A stretch of 26,075 nt of DNA from Deinococcaceae bacterium (lineage in GTDB: Bacteria; Deinococcota; Deinococci; Deinococcales; Trueperaceae). The notes beneath the pieces are model-generated. The model worked only from the letters and a program-made list of their open reading frames with translations, did no database searches and was not told the origin of the DNA. A program made the position numbers and the translations under genes. Location of the stretch: contig JBDZWC010000032.1 of assembly GCA_040256005.1 (NCBI GenBank), positions 1 to 26,075 on the forward strand, in the 5' to 3' direction. Below, in pieces: positions 1-8,900 of the stretch; the first letter of the stretch is position 1, and each line of letters starts with the position of its first letter.

Positions 1-1842
1 CGGCTCGGCGCCGGGTTCGATGACGCCCGAACCATCGTCCAGGTAGACCTCGACCGTTATCTCGTCGTGCACTTCGGGCGTGATGGCGGCCGGCTCGTTG
101 GCGAGGTAGAAGATCTCGTCCGAGTGGCTGTCGAAGCTGTCGCCCTCCTGCAGGTAGTCGCTGATGAACCCGTACTCGCCCGTCGTCTGCCAGCGGTAGA
201 GGTACGCGCCGCCGTCCAGAGGCTCGTCGATGACGACGTTGAACACCTGGCTGGGAGCGACGAGGCGCTGGACCTGACCCTCGTGCGGGCGTATCTCGGC
301 CCGGGTCTGGAGCCGGATGGGGTCGTAGGTCTCGGCTGGCCCGTTGCTGCCCATGTCGTAGAGCATCGCGACGATGTCGGCGCTGCTCATCAGGGCGTCG
401 ACGACCGCCAACACACCGGCCGCCTTGGCCATGGTGCCCATGTAGGCGCGGGCGCTCTGGAGACCGCTGGACGATGGTGCCGGTAGATCGAGGCTCTGTC
501 GCGTGTGTTCAACCAGCTCGTAGAAGTAGGTGCTGTCGGAGCCCAGCGCGGCGCGCTCTATGGCGGCGGTCATCGCCTTCGCCCTGTCGCCGCTGATGGG
601 GTTGGTGATGCCGTCGGCGGCCAGGACGGGGGCGGACGCGGCCCTGACATCGGCAGAGTGAGCGGCGACGTTCGCGTACGCGACCTGACTGGTGACGCCG
701 AACGCCATCGTCGACATGAGCGGGAAGAGGAGCGACGTCCACCAAGTCTCCCGGCTCAGGTCGTCCAGGATCGCGTCCCACTGCGGGCGGTAGGGGAAGA
801 AGCGCGAGTCGGTGAAGATCGGCGGCGTGGCTCCCGGTATCAACGATGGGGCCAGCAGCACCGCCGTGTAGTAGGTTCGCGTGCTGCCTTCCAGTAGCGG
901 GAGTGCGACGCTGTCTGACTCGATGGGCTCGAGCGGCGAGCCCCCTCCGCCCAGCGCGTCCTCCAGGGCCAGGAACAGGTTGATCGAACGTGTGGGTGGC
1001 ACGCTGACGGCCTCCCCGACCGCCCGGCCGTTCGACAACATGGTGACCGGCCCCTCCTCGGACTTCACGCCGGTCTGGTAAAGGAGCAGGCGCGCCGGCC
1101 GGCGTAGCGTGTTCTGTACCTTGACGCCGAGCCCATCGTCGCTGATCAACAGGTCGAAACCACCGCGAACGCCGGGATCCGTGATGATCACGTTGCCGCT
1201 CCCCTGGACGTCATGCGGCAAGGCGGGTGGGCCCGCCAGGGCCGACACCTGCGCCGCAACGGCTTCGCGCCGCGCTGCGATGGCGTCGCGCGCGGCCAAC
1301 ACGGCATCGACGATACGCGTGTCGCCGGTCGCCAGGGCCCGTGGCTCGCTCGCCAACACGGTGCCGACCTGCGCCGCAAGACCAGGCAACACGACGTCGG
1401 CATCCACCAGGTCGAGAACATGGCGGGCGTCATCGGACATGGATGGCCCACCCACGGCCAGGTACAGGAGGGCGGCTGCCGTGGTACGTGCCGAAACGTC
1501 ACCGGTGGCAGCGGTATCGAGGAACCCCATGAGCACCAGATCACCGGCCTGATCCGTGACGGTCACGAGCCCGTCACCGGTCTTGGCCATCGGCACCGCG
1601 AACGTACCGTCCGAACTGACCTGAGAGCTCCCGAAGGGCCCCCGCGCCACCAGTTCCGTCAGGTCGAGCGCGCTCCCCGGCGGCAACACCACCTTGCCTT
1701 CGATCTGCAGGTCCGCCACCGGGCCGGGCCCGGCGCCGCAACCGGTCACGACCCACAGCGCCAGGCTCGAGCACAGCGCGAGCAGCACCGACCTGACGCG
1801 CGAAGGATGACCCCGTGGTCGGAACGCGAGGCGTGCAGGCAT
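1..1842 (-). CDS. Large uncharacterised lipoprotein, 3'-truncated by the window edge (>614 aa)
   Basis: Absent from the ORF track because it runs off the window. My translation from ATG 1842 (SD GCAGGAGG just upstream) reads MPARLAFRPRGHPSRVRSVLLALCSSLALWVVTG|CGAGPGP... and stays open to position 1 (...LDDGSGVIEPGAEP). Lipobox VTGC. Confidence 0.85.
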   Translation of the reverse strand, partial: MPARLAFRPRGHPSRVRSVLLALCSSLALWVVTGCGAGPGPVADLQIEGKVVLPPGSALDLTELVARGPFGSSQVSSDGTFAVPMAKTGDGLVTVTDQAGDLVLMGFLDTAATGDVSARTTAAALLYLAVGGPSMSDDARHVLDLVDADVVLPGLAAQVGTVLASEPRALATGDTRIVDAVLAARDAIAARREAVAAQVSALAGPPALPHDVQGSGNVIITDPGVRGGFDLLISDDGLGVKVQNTLRRPARLLLYQTGVKSEEGPVTMLSNGRAVGEAVSVPPTRSINLFLALEDALGGGGSPLEPIESDSVALPLLEGSTRTYYTAVLLAPSLIPGATPPIFTDSRFFPYRPQWDAILDDLSRETWWTSLLFPLMSTMAFGVTSQVAYANVAAHSADVRAASAPVLAADGITNPISGDRAKAMTAAIERAALGSDSTYFYELVEHTRQSLDLPAPSSSGLQSARAYMGTMAKAAGVLAVVDALMSSADIVAMLYDMGSNGPAETYDPIRLQTRAEIRPHEGQVQRLVAPSQVFNVVIDEPLDGGAYLYRWQTTGEYGFISDYLQEGDSFDSHSDEIFYLANEPAAITPEVHDEITVEVYLDDGSGVIEPGAEP

Positions 1843-1859
1843 GTTTCCTCCTGCGGTCA

Positions 1860-1891
1860 AGGCTGCCACGCCCCCGCTTAACCAGCGCTTA
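1860..1891 (-). promoter_or_regulatory. Tandem heptamer repeat TAAGCGC-N4-TAAGCGG, 8 nt upstream of a weak -10 (CAGCCT)
   Basis: Minus strand reads TAAGCGC tggt TAAGCGG gggcgtgg CAGCCT tgaccgc AGGAGG aaac ATG. Confidence 0.45.
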
Positions 1892-1942
1892 GCTGCCTGG
1901 TTCCCGCGGGCGAGACCAGCCCCCGCGTGTACGCTCGCTAGC

Positions 1943-2401
1943 GTGATGAACGCAGGACAGGTCAAGGCAGCGGTCGCCACATTGGGCTTGCCGGCCGGCC
2001 ACTGGGCCGTGCACGCCAGCGCCGTGCTGGTGCTGTATGGGCTCATAGACGCGGCGGGAGACGTGGACGTGGTCGCGCGGGGCCCGGCGTGGGATCGTGC
2101 CACGGATCTCGGCACCCCCAAGCGAGGCAAGGAGGACCTGTGCGTGAGCCTGCCCGGGCTGAACGTAGAGGTGTGGTCCGGCTGGATGGGCGAGGACGTG
2201 GACGCCCTGATCGACGGGGCGGTCGAGGTAGCCGGCGTGCCCTGCGTCGACCTCCGAGCGGTGCTGCGTTTCAAGGAGACCGCGGGCCGGCCCAAGGACG
2301 CGGCTCATCTGGCCGTTCTGCGGCGGCACCTGGAGGCCGAAGGGCGTAGCCGCTCCAGCGAACGCTCGGCCGGGCGGCGACAACGGCCGAAGCGGCGTTG
2401 A
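1943..2401 (+). CDS. Small nucleotidyltransferase-fold-like protein
   Basis: HASAVLVLYGL..GDVDVV (degenerate GS plus DxD motif) and a C-terminal GRPKD motif typical of small Pol-beta-like NTase family proteins. Likely start is GTG 1943 or ATG 1946, with TACGCT (1930-1935) 7 nt before the GTG (leaderless), not the 1841 start in the track. Confidence 0.65.
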   Translation: MMNAGQVKAAVATLGLPAGHWAVHASAVLVLYGLIDAAGDVDVVARGPAWDRATDLGTPKRGKEDLCVSLPGLNVEVWSGWMGEDVDALIDGAVEVAGVPCVDLRAVLRFKETAGRPKDAAHLAVLRRHLEAEGRSRSSERSAGRRQRPKRR

Positions 2402-2426
2402 CACCTCGAGAGGCCGCTGTTATTCT
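2398..2426 (+). promoter_or_regulatory. Sigma70-type promoter of the aspS leader
   Basis: TTGACA (2398-2403), 17-nt spacer, TG-extended TATTCT (2421-2426). The leader ATG follows 7 nt later. Confidence 0.85.
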
Positions 2427-2433
2427 CCCGCGC

Positions 2434-2496
2434 ATGTTCGTGGTCGCCCTGAACAATCCCGACGACGATCCCGCGACGAGGAGCCTCGGGGCGTAG
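2434..2496 (+). CDS. Asn/Asp-rich leader peptide MFVVALNNPDDDPATRSLGA (putative attenuator leader)
   Basis: ATG at the predicted TSS. Codons 7-12 are AAC AAT CCC GAC GAC GAT. TAG at 2494-2496. Lies between the promoter and a terminator hairpin upstream of the AspRS gene. Confidence 0.8.
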   Translation: MFVVALNNPDDDPATRSLGA

Positions 2497-2519
2497 CCGC
2501 GTACCACCCAGCACGACAC

Positions 2520-2552
2520 GGACCCCCGAGCCACCTCGGGGGTCCTTCCTTT
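2520..2552 (+). terminator. Attenuator terminator hairpin
   Basis: Perfect 11-bp stem GGACCCCCGAG-ccac-CTCGGGGGTCC followed by TTCCTTT, then SD AGGAGG (2553-2558). Confidence 0.8.
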
Positions 2553-2563
2553 AGGAGGCACCG

Positions 2564-3898
<1,335 letters not shown>

Positions 3899-3911
3899 GC
3901 GTGCGCATGGC

Positions 3912-3943
3912 TTGACGCTGCCTTGACGCCCATGGACTACGTT
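3912..3943 (+). promoter_or_regulatory. Tandem TTGACG box A plus -10 (putative SARP-activated promoter)
   Basis: TTGACGC tgcc TTGACGC ccatggac TACGTT. Confidence 0.7.
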
Positions 3944-3985
3944 CTTCCCAGCTAGCGCTCTTGGCGGTACCTAGAAGGAGGAACC

Positions 3986-4642
3986 ATGAGGCAGCGGAGG
4001 ACCATCGCTCTTGCCGTCCCGGCGGCGGCCCTGGCGCTCTCGGCCTGTGCCCCCACCACCACCGGCGGTGGAGGCGAGGACACCGCAGCTCTCACCGCGC
4101 CGTGCGTCCAGACGCCGCCTCCCACGGTCGCTATCGTCGATTTCCAGAACACCACCGGCACTTACGGGCTGACGGTCGTCGGCGTGGAGGAGGCGGCCTC
4201 CGCCCGCCTGATAACCCTGATGAAGGAGTCGGGCTGCTACGTCGTCGTCGAACGCAGCGAGCTGCTGACGATCATGCAGCAGCAGGGGCTCGAATCGATG
4301 GACCCGGTCGACCTGGCCAAGGCGGCTGGGGCTGGCTACGTGGTCACCGGAACCGTCACCAGGGCCACGATCGCCGAGCCGGGAGCCAGCCTCTTCGGCA
4401 TCACCTTGGGCGAGACGCGGGCGGACGTGGAGGTCGATGTCAGGGCGACCGACATCATCACCGGCGAGGTCATCGTGTCCATGGCCGGCACCGGTACGGC
4501 CAGCAGCCCCAACATCGCCGTCAGCAGCATCCCGAGGGTAGGTACGATCCGGTACGACGACCCCACGGTAGGTCCCCTGCTCGCTGACGCGGCGCAGGCA
4601 GCCGTCACCAAGGTCGTCGCTGCGATCCGAGCCGCCTTCTAG
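3986..4642 (+). CDS. CsgG/HfaB-family lipoprotein
   Basis: Lipobox LSAC; TVAIVDFQN...LITLM...YVVVERSEL...YVVTGTVT...VDVRATDIITGEVI pattern of the CsgG-like fold; SD AAGGAGG. Confidence 0.8.
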   Translation: MRQRRTIALAVPAAALALSACAPTTTGGGGEDTAALTAPCVQTPPPTVAIVDFQNTTGTYGLTVVGVEEAASARLITLMKESGCYVVVERSELLTIMQQQGLESMDPVDLAKAAGAGYVVTGTVTRATIAEPGASLFGITLGETRADVEVDVRATDIITGEVIVSMAGTGTASSPNIAVSSIPRVGTIRYDDPTVGPLLADAAQAAVTKVVAAIRAAF

Positions 4643-4689
4643 GCCGGCGTACGGGGTCGCATCCCAGGCGACGACCGCGCTTCTAGGGA

Positions 4690-4710
4690 CGGCCGCTGCG
4701 ACGGCGGCCG
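4690..4710. terminator. GC-rich hairpin between convergent genes (possible terminator)
   Basis: CGGCCGCTG-cga-CGGCGGCCG, 9-bp stem with one G-U pair; no U tract. Confidence 0.3.
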
Positions 4711-4738
4711 GTCGGGCTATGCGCCGTGAGGCCGGAGC

Positions 4739-5914
4739 TCAGTCGGCCACCAGCAGGTCGACCACTCCGGACGCCAACACGGCCACGGCCACCTCCAGGC
4801 CACGCTCGTCTATGTCGAAGTGCGGGTTGTGGTGCGGCCACGCGGTGGACTCGCCCGAGCGGGTGCCGACGAAGAAGTAGACGCCCTTGGCCTGCTGCAG
4901 CCACAGCGCCATGTCGTCGCCACCCATGATGGGTCGCTGCTCGACGACGTTCTCCTCGCCCACCACGCCCGCGGCGACGCGCCTCAGCCTCTCCACGGAA
5001 CCGGCATCGTTGACGACCGCCGGCGTGCCATCGAACCACTCGCTGTCCAGGCTCGCGCGGTGGGCCCGGCACACGGCGTCGGCGACCTCGAGGACGCGGG
5101 CGCTCAGCCGCTCCCGCGTGGCGGCGTCGAACGTCCGAAGCGTGCCCTTGAGCTCGACCTGATCCGGGATGATGTTGTAGGCGGTGCCGGCGTGGAAGCT
5201 GGTGATGCTGACCACGGACTGGTCCACCGGCTCGGTCTCACGGCTGACGAGCGTCTGCAGCGTGGTCACGACCTGAGCAGCCGCCACGATGGGGTCGATG
5301 CAGTCGTGCGGATAGGCCGCGTGCCCGCCCTTACCCTTCACGACGAGCCTGAAGCTGTCGGTCGCGGCCATGGCCGGGCCCTCGCGGACGGCCACGGTGC
5401 CCACCCGGTCGTTGCTGGAGAGGTGGAGGCCTATGACGTGGTCGACGTCGATCCCGTCGAGGGCGCCGTCGTCCAGCATGGCCCGGGCGCCGCGCACGAT
5501 CTCCTCGGCCGGCTGGAACACGAAGACGACGCGGCCGACCAGGTCGGGCTTGCGGCTCACGAGGGCCTCGGCCACGCTCAGAAGCACCGACGTGTGGCCG
5601 TCGTGCCCGCAGGCGTGCATCTTCTCCGGCGTCGTGCTGCGGTAGGGAACGTCCTTCTGCTCCGGCACGGGCAGGGCGTCCATGTCGGCCCGTGCCAACA
5701 CCGTCGGTCCGGGCTTGCCCGTATCGAACACCGCGACGACACCCGTGCCGCCAACCCCGGCCCGCGGCACGAGACCGAGCTCCCGGAGGCGGTCGGCCAC
5801 GACGCCCATCGTGCGGTGCTCCTCGAACGCGATCTCGGGGTGCATGTGGAGGTCACGACGCGTCGCGACGGTCTTTGGCTGCAGCTCCCTCGCTTGCTCG
5901 ACGATGCTCTTCAT
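4739..5914 (-). CDS. M20D family amidohydrolase (N-acyl-amino acid amidohydrolase-like)
   Basis: RRDLHMHPE, RADMDALP, MHACGHDGH, FQPAEE, GKGGHAA, HHNPHFD motifs. Leaderless: TAGTCT (5921-5926) lies 6 nt before the ATG. Confidence 0.93.
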   Translation of the reverse strand: MKSIVEQARELQPKTVATRRDLHMHPEIAFEEHRTMGVVADRLRELGLVPRAGVGGTGVVAVFDTGKPGPTVLARADMDALPVPEQKDVPYRSTTPEKMHACGHDGHTSVLLSVAEALVSRKPDLVGRVVFVFQPAEEIVRGARAMLDDGALDGIDVDHVIGLHLSSNDRVGTVAVREGPAMAATDSFRLVVKGKGGHAAYPHDCIDPIVAAAQVVTTLQTLVSRETEPVDQSVVSITSFHAGTAYNIIPDQVELKGTLRTFDAATRERLSARVLEVADAVCRAHRASLDSEWFDGTPAVVNDAGSVERLRRVAAGVVGEENVVEQRPIMGGDDMALWLQQAKGVYFFVGTRSGESTAWPHHNPHFDIDERGLEVAVAVLASGVVDLLVAD

Positions 5915-5985
5915 GGCGTCAGACTACCGGAGTGGACGCCGGCTGCTGGGGTCGCAGCTCCACGGTCACCAGTGAGTCTGGCGAC

Positions 5986-8900
5986 TCACGGCGACCCCGC
6001 CTCCACCCGCACGGAGCCGTCGCCGGGCACCCGCACGTCGTCGAACACCTCCACCGGGGAAGACAGCACCCTGACCGAGTACGTCCCCATGGGCAGCTCC
6101 ACGGTGTCGCCCACGCGGCCGGTCGCCACCAGCGCCCCCGCGGCGTCGTAGACCTCGAACGATGGCACCAGTGCCTCCGTGATGGCCTGGCTGAGCGTCT
6201 CGTACGACGTGACGTCTACGTAGGTGGCGCCCACCTCCGCGGCCAGACCCTCGAAGACAGCGAGCGACTCGGGGTCGAGTGCTAGGGAGACGATGGCGAT
6301 GGCCACGTCCCCGGCGGCGCGCAGCTCGCTCGCCGCGGCGGCAGGATCGCCTCCGCAGGACTCTGCGCCGTCCGTGATCAGGACGATCGTTCTGGGGCCG
6401 CCAGCCGCGTCGAGGTCCTCTGCCGCCAGCGTCAACGAGTCGGCGATCGCCGTCTGCGACAGCAGCTTGGGCTCTATCGCGCGCACAGCGGCGCGAGCCG
6501 CCTCCCTGTCCAGTGGCCCCAGCGGGACGTCGAGCCGCGTCTCGCAGGAGTTGGGTGCGACGTGGCCGAACGCCCGCAGGGCGAACGGCGTCCCGTCCGG
6601 CAGGATGTCACCCACGAGGGTCTCGAGAGCGCGGATCGCGGCTTCGATGCGCGGCTCGCCGCTGGGCAGTGGCTGGCCCATCGAGCCCGAGGCGTCGAAG
6701 ATCACCTCTACGGCACCGCCGACGGCTCCCTCGGCCACGGTGACGGTAAGGGTGCCCGGTCCAGGAGGTGCCCTGAAGCCGGTCGTGACCTCCACCGCGT
6801 AGCGCTTGGGTCGCCGCAGTAGGCACGAGGCGCGCGCGAACCCGGCGTCGAAGCTACCGACACCGTCGGTCATGTCGTACCTGCCGGAGTTCACCGCGGC
6901 CCAGTCCTGCATGAGGTCCTGGGCGTCGTCGCTGCCGCCCGAGCTGATCTCGAACGTGAACACCCTCGGGCGAACGGACTCGAGGGCAGACCAGAGCTCC
7001 TCCGTGAGCTCGTAGCCGCCGGTCTCCGCGTCGGTGATGAAGAGGATCGCCTTCGTACCGTCCCGCCCCGCCAGCGCCTTGGTGGCCACCAGGAGAGCGT
7101 TAATGGCGTTGCTGGAGTCCGCCCGCCGTGGGTCGAACTCGGCGATGGCCCGTTGCACGCGCTCCGTGTCGCTTGACCAGTAGGGCAGGACCCACAGCGG
7201 CGACGGGTCGTTGAAGGCCAGCACCTGCACCGCCTCCCTGTCGCCGTCGACGTCGCGCGCGAACGCGGCCAGGGAGCTGTACGTGATGGGGCGGTACGGT
7301 CCCACGGACCCGCTCGTGTCCCACGAGAAGACGACGGTGCGCTTCGGTTCTTCCAGTCCCAGGTAGTACTCGCCAGCCTCGACGAAGGCGCTCAACACGA
7401 CCGCCGTCCCGTCCTCACGCCGGTCGAACGCGACGGGTCGCCCTGCGGCGTCCAGGAGGCTGTAGGTGTACGCGATGGCGGGATCACCCTCCAGGCGCAG
7501 GTCGACCACGTTCTCGCCCTCGCTCACCGTGAACACGTACCAGTCCACGTCCTCGCCCACCGCCACGCTGCCGGAGACGCGCACGCCCGGCGTCAGCCGT
7601 GAGGCGCTCTCCGGATCGTCGCCGCCGTCCACCGCTTCCGGCGGCGCGACTGCCGCGCCGGTGGCGCTCCACTCGAACGGGCCCCGCCTGGACATGTTCC
7701 CCCACTCGGCCAGGGCAGAGAGGTACTCACCGTCAACCGCTGCCTCGAAGACCGCGATGTCGGCAGGGGCGCTCACGTTCCGGACGTCCTCGGGCTTGGG
7801 CGCCGTGAAGCGCAGGTAGCGCGCCCACACCGGTTCGTCCAGGTCCGCCCGCATCGTGAGCCCGGACGACAGATCCCACTCGCCCACCGGTGTCCAAGGT
7901 CCGGCGGGCCCGTCGAGGCTCGACTCGACTAGGATCCTGTCGAACCGTTCCCGCGCCTCGGGGCTGTCCGTCCACTCGATCGCGCCGACCTGCGCCGCCC
8001 TCCCGTGCTGGAACCCCACGACGAACGCGAAGGCGTCGTAGCCCTCCAGGTCGATCCTCCTCACGGAGCCTCCCGGCGTCAGCACATCCCGGCCCCGACT
8101 CGGCAGCAGCGGCCGCGACCACACGACGTGGCCACCCAGCTCGGGCGCGGAGAGGTCGAGGCCCGCGAAGAGGCGAACGTCCGCGGCGATGAGCCGCCAC
8201 TCGCCGACGTAACCGTCTCCGCCGCCTTGACTCGACTCGAACACGAGCCTGGCGTACCGGGCCGTGACCGGCTCCTCGAAGAGGAAGGCCTGCTCGTATC
8301 GTGCCGACTCCAGCTCGCCCACGAGCACGGTCTCGAAGCTCTCGCCGTCCAGGGACGTCTCGATGCGGAACCCCCTCAGCTGGCGCTCGGGGGCGGCATC
8401 TGCTCGAGGGTCGAGGGTCGTGCCGACCAGGACCACCGGCCCGTCGGAGGCTAGGCGGAAGGTGGGGCTGTGATCGGCGCCCACCGCGCCTCCCGTGTTG
8501 ATCGCCGTCCGGCCGTCGATGAGCGCCGGGTCCCTGTTCCTGATGTCTTCACCGATCGGCTCAGCGCCGAACCCCGCCCAAAGGGCGTCCGGCCTCCCCA
8601 GCAGCTCGGTAGGCAACGGCCAGTACGAGAAGACACCCACCGGGGAAGCCTCGCAGCGGAGGGCGACCGAGGTCTCGGCCACGGCCCGGGCTTGAGCGGA
8701 CGTGGCGGCCGCCTGCAGCAACAGCGGTACCTGATCGACGACGTCCGCCGGCACGAGCAACCGTACAGGAGCCGCGACGCTCTGTCCGGGTGGCACCTCC
8801 ACCTCCCGTGGCGCCTCGATCCTGACGCGGGCGTCGCTGCCGGCGACCTCCAGGCCGACCGTGGCGGCCTGGGTGCCGTCGTTCCTGACGGTCACCGTTC

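Noticed and set aside
2497..2509. T-box-like sequence GGGTGGTACGCGG near aspS
   Set aside because: It is on the minus strand, antisense to aspS. The roughly 130-nt leader has no recognisable Stem I or specifier loop, and the leader-peptide model explains the region better.
3912..3929. TTGACG repeats read as ordinary sigma70 -35 elements
   Set aside because: Spacing to the only good -10 is 20 and 9 nt, outside 16-18, and the 11-bp duplication recurs at four loci.
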